From Bugula neritina (taxonomy: Eukaryota > Animalia > Bryozoa): a stretch of DNA of 64,000 nt. Positions 1-14,500 of the stretch are shown piece after piece. The stretch covers positions 18,129,081 through 18,193,080 of the forward strand of contig OZ037766.1 in NCBI GenBank assembly GCA_964035545.1, read 5' to 3'. The notes under the pieces were generated by a model that saw nothing but the letters and a program-made list of their open reading frames with translations, did no database searches and had not been told where the DNA came from. Numbering within the stretch: the first letter of the stretch is position 1; every line of letters begins with the position of its first letter. Both the position numbers and the translations under genes were made by a program.

Positions 1-1210
1 AACATACTGAAATACACTGTAACATACAGAAATACACTGCAACATACTGCAGCAAACTGCAACATACTGCAACATACTGAAATACACTGTAACATATTGA
101 AATACACTGCAACACATTGAAATATGCTTCAACATACCGAAATATATGGTAACCTACTGAAATATGTTGCAAACTACTGAAATATACTGCAACATACTGC
201 AACTTAATGAAATATACTGTAACACACTGAAATATACTGCACAATACTGCAAAATACTGTAACATACTGAAACATACTGCAACATCCTGAAATATACTGC
301 AACATGCTGAAATATACTGCAAGACACTGAAACCTACTGAAATACACTGTAACATACTGAAATACACTGCAACATACTGCAACATACTGAAATACATTGT
401 GACATATTGAAATGCATTGCAACACATTGAAATATGTTGCAAGATACTGAAATATAATGCAACATACTGAACGATACTAAAACTCACTGAAGTATAGTGT
501 AATACCTGAAAATGCACTGTGATATACTGAAATACACTGTAACACATTGAAATATACTGCAAAATACTGAAACATACTGAAATATATTGCAAAATACTGC
601 AACATACTGAAATACGGTTTAACATACTGAAATACACTGTAACATACTGATATGCACTGCAACATACTGAAATACACGGCAACATACTGGAACATACTGG
701 AATATACTGTAACCCACTGAAATATACTACAACATGCTGAAATATGCTGCAAGATACTGAAACCTACTGAAATACACTGTAACATACTGAAATACACTGC
801 AACATGCTGCAACATACTGAAATACACTGTAACATATTGAAATACATTGCAACACACTGAAATAAGTTGCAAGATACCGAAATATACTGCAACATACTGA
901 AAGACACTAAAACCCACTGAAGTATAGTGAAAAATGTAAAAATGCACTGTGGCATACTGAAATATACTGAAACACGCTGAAATATACTGGAACATACTGA
1001 AATAAACTGTAACATACTGAGATATACTGCAAGATACTGAAATATACTACAACTCACTGAAGTATAGCGTAATTTGCAGAAATGTACTGTAACACACTGA
1101 AATTTATTGTATCATACTGAAATATACTGCAACGTACTGAAATACACTGTAACATACTAAAATATATTGCAAAAAACTGGAACATACTTAAATATACTGC
1201 AACATACTAA

Positions 1211-2200
1211 AAGACACTAAAACTCACTGAAGTATAGTGTAATATCTGCAAATGCACTGTAACATACTGAAATTTACTGTAACACACTGAAATATACTGT
1301 AACATACTGAAATATACTGTAACATACTGAGATATACTGCGAGATACTGAAATATGCTACAACTCACTGAAGTATAGTGTAATTTACGGAAATGTACTGT
1401 AACATACTGAAATTTATTGTAACATACTGAATTATACTGCAACATACTGAAATACACTGTAACATACTGAAAGACACTAAAACTCACTGAAGTATAGTGT
1501 AATATCTGCAAATGCACTGTAACATATTGAAATTTAGTGTAACACAGTGAAATATACTGTAACATACTGAAATATACTGTAACATACTAAGATATACTGC
1601 AAGATAATGAAATATACTACAACTCACTGAAGTATAGTGTAATTTACGAAAATGTACTGCAACATACTGAAATTTATTGTAACATACTGAATTATACTGC
1701 AACATACTGAAATACACTGCAACATACCGAAATACACTGTAACATACTGAAAGACACTAAAACTCACTGAAGTATAGTGTAATATCTGCAAATGCACTGT
1801 AACATATTGAAATTTACTGTAACACAGTGAAATATACTGTAACATACTGAAATATACTGTAACATACTGAGATATACTGCAAGATACTGAAATATACTAC
1901 AACTCTCTGAAGTATAGTGTAATTTACGAAAATGTACTGTAACATACTGAAATTTATTGTAACATACTGAATTATACTGCAACATACTGAAAAACACTGT
2001 AACATACTGAAAGACACTAAAACTCACTGAAGTATAGTGTAATATCTGCAAATGCACTGTAATATATTGAAATTTACTGTAACACAGTGAAATATACTGT
2101 AACATACTGAAATATACTGTAACATACTGAGATATACTGCAAGATACTGAAATATACTACAACTCACTGAAGTATAGTGTAATTTACGAAAATGTACTGT
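1211..2200 (+). repeat. Intermediate-order repeat: 260-280-bp units, each with an A-type and a B-type copy of the conserved box AACTCACTGAAGTATAGTGT 140 bp apart (representative cluster; the module recurs throughout)
   Basis: Box starts are at 1221, 1361, 1481, 1621, 1761, 1901, 2021 and 2161. A-type context is AAGACACTAA-box-AATATCTGCA. B-type context is AATATRCTAC-box-AATTTACGRA. Confidence 0.92.
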
Positions 2201-2570
2201 AACATACTGAAATTCATTGTAACATACTGAATTATACTGCAACATACTGGAATACACTGTAACATACTGAAACATATTGCAAAATACTGCAACATACTGA
2301 AATACGCTGTAACATACTGAAAGACGCCGTATCATACTGAAATATACTATAACCCACTGAAATATACTGCAACATACTGAAAAATACTGTAACATACTGA
2401 AATATACTGCAACATACTGAAATACACTGTAACATACAGAAATACACTGCAACATACTGCAGCATACTGCAACATACTGCAACATGCTGAAATACACTGT
2501 AACATACTGAAATATATTGCAAAATACTGCAACATACTGAAATACACTGTAACATACTGAAAGACACTAA

Positions 2571-5500
2571 AACTCACTGAAGTATAGTGTAATATCTGGA
2601 AATGCACTGTGACATACTGAAATATACTGAAACACGCTGAAATATACTGCAACATACTGAAATATACTGTAACATACCGAAATTTATTGTAACATACCGA
2701 ATTATACTGCAACATACTGAAATATACTGTAACATACTGAAATATATTGCAAAATACTGCAACATACTTAAATACACTGTAACATACTGAAAGACACTAA
2801 AACTCACTGAAGTATAGTGTAATATCTGGAAATGCACTGTGACATACTGAAATATACTGAAACACGCTGAATTATACTGCAACATACTGAAATACACTGC
2901 AACATACTGAAATACACTGTAACATACTGAAAGACACTAAAACTCACTGAAGTATAGTGTAGTACCTGCAAATGCACTGTAACATATTGAAATTTACTGT
3001 AACACAGTGAAATATACTGTAACATACTGAAATATACTGTAACATACTGAGATATACTGCAAGATACTGAAATATACTACAACTCTCTGAAGTATAGTGT
3101 AATTTACGAAAATGTACTGTAACATACTGAAATTTATTGTAACATACTGAGTTATACTGCAACATACTGAAATACACTGTAACATACTGAAACATATTGC
3201 AAAGTACTGCAACATACTGAAATACACTGTAACATACTGAAAGACGCTGTATCATAATGAAATATACTATAACCCACTGAAATATACTGCAACATACTGA
3301 AATATACTGTAACAAACTGAAATATACTGCAACATACTGAAATACACTGTAACATACAGAAATACACTGCAACATACTGCAGCAAACTGCAACATACTGC
3401 AACATACTGAAATACACTGTAACATATTGAAATACACTGCAACACATTGAAATATGCTTCAACATACCGAAATATATGGTAACCTACTGAAATATGTTGC
3501 AAACTACTGAAATATATTGCAACATACTGCAACTTAATGAAATATACTGTAACATACTGAAATATACTGGAAGATACTGAAACCTACTGAAATACACTGT
3601 AACATACTGAAATACACTGCAACATACTGCAACATACTGAAATACACTGTAACATATTGAAATACATTGCAACACATTGAAATAAGTTGCAAGATACTGA
3701 ATTATACTGCAACATACTGAAAGACACTAAAACTCACTGAAGTATAGTGAAAAATCTGAAAATGCACTGTGGCATACTGAAATATACTGAAACACGCTGA
3801 AATATACTGGAACATACTGAAATAAACTGCAACATACTGAGATATACTGCAAGATACTGAAATATACTACAACTCACTGAAGTATAGTGTAGTTTGCAGA
3901 AATGTACTGTAACACACTGAAATTTATTGTATCATGCCGAAATATACGGCAACGTACTGAAATACACTGTAACATACTGAAATATATTGCAAAATACTGC
4001 AACATACTGAAGTATGCTGCAACATACTGAAAGACACTAAAACTCACTGAAGTATAGTGTAATATCTGCAAATGCACTGTAACATACTGAAATTACTGTA
4101 ACACACTGAAATATACTGTAACATACTGAAATATACTGTAACATACGGAGATATACTGCGAGATACTGAAATATACTACAACTCACTGAAGTATAGTGTA
4201 ATTTTCGGAAATGTACTGTAACATACTGAATTTTATGGTAACATACTGAATTATACTGCAACATACTGAAATATACTGTAACGTACTGAAATATGTTGCA
4301 AAATACTGCAACATACTGAAATACACTGTAACATACTGAAATACGCTGTATCATACTGAAATATACTATAACCCACTGAAATATACTGCAACATACTGAA
4401 ATATACTGTAACATACTGAAATATACTGCAACATACTGAAATACACTGTAACATACAGAAATACACTGCAACATACTGCAGCATACTGCAACATGCTGCA
4501 ACATACTGAAATACACTGTAACATATTGAAATACACTGCAACACATTGAAATTTGCTGTAACATACTGAGATATACTGCAAGACACTGAAATATACTACA
4601 GCTCACTGAAGTATAGTGTAATTTACGGAAATGTACTGTAACATACTGAAATTTATTGTAACATACTGAAATATACTGCAACATACTGAAATACACTGTA
4701 ACATACTGAAATATATTGCAAAATACTGCAACATACTGAAATACACTGTAACATACTCAAATACATTGTATCATATTGCAATATGCTATAACTCACTGAA
4801 ATATACTGCAACTTAGTGAAATATACTGTAACATACTGAAATATACTGCAACATACTGAAATACACTGTAACATACAGAAGTACGCTGTAACATACAGAA
4901 ATACACTGCAACATACTGCAACATACTGAAATACACTGTAACATACTGAAACACACTGCAACATACTGAAATATACTGCAACATACTGGAACATACTGGA
5001 ATATACTGTAACCCACTGAAATATACTGCAACATACTGAAATATACTGCAAGATACTGAAACCTACTGTAATACACTGTAACATACTGAAATACACTGCA
5101 ACATGCAACATACTGAAATACACTGTAACATATTGAAATACATTGCAACACATTGAAATAAGTTGCAAGATACCGAAATATACTGCAACATACTGAAAGA
5201 CACTAAAACTCACTGAAGTATAGTGAAAAATCTAAAAATGCACTGTGGCATACTGAAATATACTGAAACACGCTGAAATATACTGGAACATACTGAAATA
5301 AACTGTAACATACTGAGATATACTGCAAGATACTGAAATATGCTACAACTCACTGAAGTATAGTGTAATTTACGGAAATGTACTGTAACATACTGAAATT
5401 TATTGTAACATACTGAATTACACTGCAACATACTGAAAAACACTGTAACATACTGAAAGACACTAAAACTCACTGAAGTATAGTGTAATATCTGCAAATG

Positions 5501-8500
5501 CACTGTAATATATTGAAATTTACTGTAACACAGTGAAATATACTGTAACATACTGAAATATACTGTAACATACTGAGATATACTGCAAGATACTGAAATA
5601 TACTACAACTCACTGAAGTATAGTGTAATTTACGAAAATGTACTGTAACATACTGGAATTTATTGTAACATACTGAATTATACTGCAACATACTGGAATA
5701 CACTGTAACATACTGAAACATATTGCAAAATACTGCAACATACTGAAATACACTGTAACATACTGAAAGACGCCGTATCATACTGAAATATACTATAACC
5801 CACTGAAATATACTGCAACATACTGAAAAATACTGTAACATACTGAAATATACTGCAACATACTGAAATACACTGTAACATACAGAAATACACTGCAACA
5901 TACTGCAGCATACTGCAACATACTGCAACATGCTGAAATACACTGTAACATACTGAAATATATTGCAAAATACTGCAACATACTGAAATACACTGTAACA
6001 TACAGAAATACACTGCAACATACTGCAGCATACTGCAACATGCTGCAACATACTGAAATACACTGTAACATATTGAAATACACTGCAACACATTGAAATT
6101 TGCTGTAACATACTGAGATATACTGCAAGACACTGAAATATACTACAGCTCACTGAAGTATAGTGTAATTTACGGAAATGTACTGTAACATACTGAAATT
6201 TATTGTAACATACTGAAATATACTGCAACATACTGAAATACACTGTAACATACTGAAATATATTGCAAAATACTGCAACATACTGAAATACACTGTAACA
6301 TGCTCAAATACATTGTATCATATTGCAATATGCTATAACCCACTGAAATATACTGCAACTTAGTGAAATATACTGTAACATACTGAAATATACTGCAACA
6401 TACTGAAATACACTGTAACATACAGAAGTACGCTGTAACATTCAGAAATACACTGCAACATACTGCAACATACTGAAATACACTGTAACATACTGAAACA
6501 CACTGCAACATACTGAAATATACTGCAACATACTTGAACATACTGGAATATACTGTAACCCACTGAAATATACTGCAACATACTGAAATATACTGTAACA
6601 TACTGAAATATATTGCAAAATACTGCAACATACTTAAATACACTGTAACATACTGAAAGACACTAAAACTCACTGAAGTATAGTGTATTATCTGGAAATG
6701 CACTGTGACATACTGAAATATACTGAAACACGCTGAATTATACTGCAACATACTGAAATACACTGCAACATACTGAAATACACTGTAACATACTGAAAGA
6801 CACTAAAACTCACTGAAGTATAGTGTAATACCTGCAAATGCACTGTAACATATTGAAATTTACTGTAACACAGTGAAATATACTGTAACATACTGAAATA
6901 TACTGTAACATACTGAGATATACTGCAAGATACTGAAATATACTACAACTCTCTGAAGTATAGTGTAATTTACGAAAATGTACTGTAACATACTGAAATT
7001 TATTGTAACATACTGAGTTATACTGCAACATACTGAAATACACTGTAACATACTGAAACATATTGCAAAGTACTGCAACATACTGAAATACACTGTAACA
7101 TACTGAAAGACGCTGTATCATAATGAAATATACTATAACCCACTGAAATATACTGCAACATACTGAAATATACTGTAACAAACTGAAATATACTGCAACA
7201 TACTGAAATACACTGTAACATACAGAAATACACTGCAACATACTGCAGCAAACTGCAACATACTGCAACATACTGAAATACACTGTAACATATTGAAATA
7301 CACTGCAACACATTGAAATATGCTTCAACATACCGAAATATATGGTAACCTACTGAAATATGTTGCAAACTACTGAAATATATTGCAACATACTGCAACT
7401 TAATGAAATATACTGTAACATACTGAAATATACTGGAAGATACTGAAACCTACTGAAATACACTGTAACATACTGAAATACACTGCAACATACTGCAACA
7501 TACTGAAATACACTGTAACATATTGAAATACATTGCAACACATTGAAATAAGTTGCAAGATACTGAATTATACTGCAACATACTGAAAGACACTAAAACT
7601 CACTGAAGTATAGTGAAAAATCTGAAAATGCACTGTGGCATACTGAAATATACTGAAACACGCTGAAATATACTGGAACATACTGAAATAAACTGCAACA
7701 TACTGAGATATACTGCAAGATACTGAAATATACTACAACTCACTGAAGTATAGTGTAGTTTGCAGAAATGTACTGTAACACACTGAAATTTATTGTATCA
7801 TGCTGAAATATACGGCAACGTACTGAAATACACTGTAACATACTGAAATATATTGCAAAATACTGCAACATACTGAAGTATGCTGCAACATACTGAAAGA
7901 CACTAAAACTCACTGAAGTATAGTGTAATATCTGCAAATGCACTGTAACATACTGAAATTACTGTAACACACTGAAATATACTGTAACATACTGAAATAT
8001 ACTGTAACATACGGAGATATACTGCGAGAGACTGAAATATACTACAACTCACTGAAGTATAGTGTAATTTTCGGAAATGTACTGTAACATACTGAATTTT
8101 ATGGTAACATACTGAATTATACTGCAACATACTGAAATATACTGTAACGTACTGAAATATGTTGCAAAATACTGCAACATACTGAAATACACTGTAACAT
8201 ACTGAAATACGCTGTATCATACTGAAATATACTATAACCCACTGAAATATACTGCAACATACTGAAATATACTGTAACATACTGAAATATACTGCAACAT
8301 ACTGAAATACACTGTAACATACAGAAATACACTGCAACATACTGCAGCATACTGCAACATGCTGCAACATACTGAAATACACTGTAACATATTGAAATAC
8401 ACTGCAACACATTGAAATTTGCTGTAACATACTGAGATATACTGCAAGACACTGAAATATACTACAGCTCACTGAAGTATAGTGTAATTTACGGAAATGT

Positions 8501-11500
8501 ACTGTAACATACTGAAATTTATTGTAACATACTGAAATATACTGCAACATACTGAAATACACTGTAACATACTGAAATATATTGCAAAATACTGCAACAT
8601 ACTGAAATACACTGTAACATACTCAAATACATTGTATCATATTGCAATATGCTATAACTCACTGAAATATACTGCAACTTAGTGAAATATACTGTAACAT
8701 ACTGAAATATACTGCAACATACTGAAATACACTGTAACATACAGAAGTACGCTGTAACATACAGAAATACACTGCAACATACTGCAACATACTGAAATAC
8801 ACTGTAACATACTGAAACACACTGCAACATACTGAAATATACTGCAACATACTGGAACATACTGGAATATACTGTAACCCACTGAAATATACTGCAACAT
8901 ACTGAAATATACTGCAAGATACTGAAACCTACTGTAATACACTGTAACATACTGAAATACACTGCAACATGCTGCAACATACTGAAATACACTGTAACAT
9001 ATTGAAATACATTGCAACACATTGAAATAAGTTGCAAGATACCGAAATATACTGCAACATACTGAAAGACACTAAAATTCACTGAAGTATAGTGAAAAAT
9101 CTAAAAATGCACTGTGGCATACTGAAATATACTGAAACACGCTGAAATATACTGGAACATACTGAAATAAACTGTAACATACTGAGATATACTGCAAGAT
9201 ACTGAAATATGCTACAACTCACTGAAGTATAGTGTAATTTACGGAAATGTACTGTAACATACTGAAATTTATTGTAACATACTGAATTACACTGCAACAT
9301 ACTGAAAAACACTGTAACATACTGAAAGACACTAAAACTCACTGAAGTATAGTGTAATATCTGCAAATGCACTGTAATATATTGAAATTTACTGTAACAC
9401 AGTGAAATATACTGTAACATACTGAAATATACTGTAACATACTGAGATATACTGCAAGATACTGAAATATACTACAACTCACTGAAGTATAGTGTAATTT
9501 ACGAAAATGTACTGTAACATACTGGAATTTATTGTAACATACTGAATTATACTGCAACATACTGGAATACACTGTAACATACTGAAACATATTGCAAAAT
9601 ACTGCAACATACTGAAATACACTGTAACATACTGAAAGACGCCGTATCATACTGAAATATACTATAACCCACTGAAATATACTGCAACATACTGAAAAAT
9701 ACTGTAACATACTGAAATATACTGCAACATACTGAAATACACTGTAACATACAGAAATACACTGCAACATACTGCAGCATACTGCAACATACTGCAACAT
9801 GCTGAAATACACTGTAACATACTGAAATATATTGCAAAATACTGCAACATACTGAAATACACTGTAACATACAGAAATACACTGCAACATACTGCAGCAT
9901 ACTGCAACATGCTGCAACATACTGAAATACACTGTAACATATTGAAATACACTGCAACACATTGAAATTTGCTGTAACATACTGAGATATACTGCAAGAC
10001 ACTGAAACATACTACAGCTCACTGAAGTATAGTGTAATTTACGGAAATGTACTGTAACATACTGAAATTTATTGTAACATACTGAAATATACTGCAACAT
10101 ACTGAAATACACTGTAACATACTGAAATATATTGCAAAATACTGCAACATACTGAAATACACTGTAACATGCTCAAATACATTGTATCATATTGCAATAT
10201 GCTATAACCCACTGAAATATACTGCAACTTAGTGAAATATAATGTAACATACTGAAATATACTGCAACATACTGAAATACACTGTAACATACAGAAGTAC
10301 GCTGTAACATTCAGAAATACACTGCAACATACTGCAACATACTGAAATACACTGTAACATACTGAAACACACTGCAACATACTGAAATATACTGCAACAT
10401 ACTGGAACATACTGGAATATACTGTAACCCACTGAAATATACTGCAACATACTGAAATATACTGCAAGATACTGAAACCTACTGAAATACACTGTAACAT
10501 ACTGAAATACACTGCAACATGCTGCAACATACTGAAATACACTGTAACATATTGAAATACATTGCAACACATTGAAATAAGTTGCAAGATACCGAAATAT
10601 ACTGCAACATACTGAAAGACACTAAAACTCACTGAAGTATAGTGAAAAATCTAAAAATGCACTGTGGCATACTGAAATATACTGAAACACGCTGAAATAT
10701 ACTGGAACATACTGAAATAAACTGTAACATACTGAGATATACTGCAAGATACTGAAATATGCTACAACTCACTGAAGTATAGTGTAATTTACGGAAATGT
10801 ACTGTAACATACTGAAATTTATTGTAACATACTGAATTATACTGCAACATACTGAAAAACACTGTAACATACTGAAAGACACTAAAACTCACTGAAGTAT
10901 AGTGTAATATCTGCAAATGCACTGTAATATATTGAAATTTACTGTAACACAGTGAAATATACTGTAACATACTGAAATATACTGTAACATACTGAGATAT
11001 ACTGCAAGATACTGAAATATACTACAACTCACTGAAGTATAGTGTAATTTACGAAAATGTACTGTAACATACTGAAATTTATTGTAACATACTGAATTAT
11101 ACTGCAACATACTGGAATACACTGTAACATACTGAAACATATTGCAAAATACTGCAACATACTGAAATACGCTGTAACATACTGAAAGACGCCGTATCAT
11201 ACTGAAATATACTATAACCCACTGAAATATACTGCAACATACTGAAAAAAACTGTAACATACTGAAATATACTGCAACATACTGAAATACACTGTAACAT
11301 ACAGAAATACACTGCAACATACTGCAGCATACTGCAACATGCTGCAACACGCTGAAATACACTGTAACATACTGAAATATATTGCAAAATACTGCAACAT
11401 ACTGAAATACACTGTAACATACTGAAAGACACTAAAACTCACTGAAGTATAGTGTAATATCTGGAAATGCACTGTGACATACTGAAATATACTGAAACAC

Positions 11501-14500
11501 GCTGAAATATACTGCAACATACTGAAATATACTGTAACATACCGAAATTTATTGTAACATACCGAATTATACTGCAACATACTGAAATATACTGTAACAT
11601 ACTGAAATATATTGCAAAATACTGCAACATACTTAAATACACTGTAACATACTGAAAGACACTAAAACTCACTGAAGTATAGTGTAATATCTGGAAATGC
11701 ACTGTGACATACTGAAATATACTGAAACACGCTGAAATATACTTCAACATACTGAAATATACCTAAAAATATTGAAACATACTGAAATACACTGTAACAT
11801 GCTGAAATACACTGTATCATACTGAAGTATACTGTAACGCACTGAAATATACTGCAACATACTGAATTATACTGAAACATACTGCAATATCCTGAAATAT
11901 ACTGCAACATGCTGAAATATACTGCAAGACACTGAAACCTATTGAAATACACTGTAACATACTGATATACACTGCAACATACTGAAATACACTGTAACAT
12001 ACAGACATACACTGCAACACACTGCAGCATACTGCAACATGCTGCAACATACTGAAATACACTGTAACATATTGAAATACACTGCAACACATTGAAATAT
12101 GCTGTAACATACTGAGATATACTGCAAGACACTGAAATATACTACAGCTCACTGAAGTATAGTGTAATTTACGGAAATGTACTGTAACATACTGAAATTT
12201 ATTGTAACATACTGAAATATACTGCAACATACTGAAATACACTGTAACATACTGAAATATATTGCAAAATACTGCAACATACTGAAATACACTGTAACAT
12301 ACTCAAATACATTGTATCATACTGGAATATGCTATAACCCACTGAAATATACTGCAACTTACTGAAATATACTGTAACATACTGAAATATACTGCAAGAT
12401 ACTGAAATATACTACAACTCACTGAAGTATAGTGTAATATCTGGAAATGCACTGTGACATACTGAAATATACTGAAACACGCTGAAATATACTGCAACAT
12501 ACTGAAATATACTGTAACATACCGAAATTTATTGTAACATACCGAATTATACTGCAACATACTGAAATATACTGTAACATACTGAAATATATTGCAAAAT
12601 ACTGCAACATACTTAAATACACTGTAACATACTGAAAGACACTAAAACTCACTGAAGTATAGTGTAATATCTGGAAATGCACTGTGACATACTGAAATAT
12701 ACTGAAACACGCTGAATTATACTGCAACATACTGAAATACACTGCAACATACTGAAATACACTGTAACATACTGAAAGACACTAAAACTCACTGAAGTAT
12801 AGTGTAGTACCTGCAAATGCACTGTAACATATTGAAATTTACTGTAACACAGTGAAATATACTGTAACATACTGAAATATACTGTAACATACTGAGATAT
12901 ACTGCAAGATACTGAAATATACTACAACTCTCTGAAGTATAGTGTAATTTACGAAAATGTACTGTAACATACTGAAATTTATTGTAACATACTGAGTTAT
13001 ACTGCAACATACTGAAATACACTGTAACATACTGAAACATATTGCAAAGTACTGCAACATACTGAAATACACTGTAACATACTGAAAGACGCTGTATCAT
13101 AATGAAATATACTATAACCCACTGAAATATACTGCAACATACTGAAATATACTGTAACAAACTGAAATATACTGCAACATACTGAAATACACTGTAACAT
13201 ACAGAAATACACTGCAACATACTGCAGCAAACTGCAACATACTGCAACATACTGAAATACACTGTAACATATTGAAATACACTGCAACACATTGAAATAT
13301 GCTTCAACATACCGAAATATATGGTAACCTACTGAAATATGTTGCAAACTACTGAAATATATTGCAACATACTGCAACTTAATGAAATATACTGTAACAT
13401 ACTGAAATATACTGGAAGATACTGAAACCTACTGAAATACACTGTAACATACTGAAATACACTGCAACATACTGCAACATACTGAAATACACTGTAACAT
13501 ATTGAAATACATTGCAACACATTGAAATAAGTTGCAAGATACTGAATTATACTGCAACATACTGAAAGACACTAAAACTCACTGAAGTATAGTGAAAAAT
13601 CTGAAAATGCACTGTGGCATACTGAAATATACTGAAACACGCTGAAATATACTGGAACATACTGAAATAAACTGCAACATACTGAGATATACTGCAAGAT
13701 ACTGAAATATACTACAACTCACTGAAGTATAGTGTAGTTTGCAGAAATGTACTGTAACACACTGAAATTTATTGTATCATGCTGAAATATACGGCAACGT
13801 ACTGAAATACACTGTAACATACTGAAATATATTGCAAAATACTGCAACATACTGAAGTATGCTGCAACATACTGAAAGACACTAAAACTCACTGAAGTAT
13901 AGTGTAATATCTGCAAATGCACTGTAACATACTGAAATTACTGTAACACACTGAAATATACTGTAACATACTGAAATATACTGTAACATACGGAGATATA
14001 CTGCGAGATACTGAAATATACTACAACTCACTGAAGTATAGTGTAATTTTCGGAAATGTACTGTAACATACTGAATTTTATGGTAACATACTGAATTATA
14101 CTGCAACATACTGAAATATACTGTAACGTACTGAAATATGTTGCAAAATACTGCAACATACTGAAATACACTGTAACATACTGAAATACGCTGTATCATA
14201 CTGAAATATACTATAACCCACTGAAATATACTGCAACATACTGAAATATACTGTAACATACTGAAATATACTGCAACATACTGAAATACACTGTAACATA
14301 CAGAAATACACTGCAACATACTGCAGCATACTGCAACATGCTGCAACATACTGAAATACACTGTAACATATTGAAATACACTGCAACACATTGAAATTTG
14401 CTGTAACATACTGAGATATACTGCAAGACACTGAAATATACTACAGCTCACTGAAGTATAGTGTAATTTACGGAAATGTACTGTAACATACTGAAATTTA

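Noticed and set aside
481-500. Conserved box as a canonical CENP-B box
   Set aside because: It has no similarity to the TTCG-N4-A-N2-CGGG core and lacks CpG.
1543-1570. V(D)J RSS heptamer CACAGTG (and CACTGTG on the other strand, e.g. 2605) recurring in the array
   Set aside because: These are one-base variants of the monomer. No ACAAAAACC-like nonamer follows; the 12-bp-spacer position reads ACATACTGA.
1221-2180. CRISPR-like appearance of a conserved 20-bp box at semi-regular spacing
   Set aside because: The intervening sequences are 100-600 bp of the same 10-mer satellite and are themselves repeated. There are no unique spacers, leader or cas genes.
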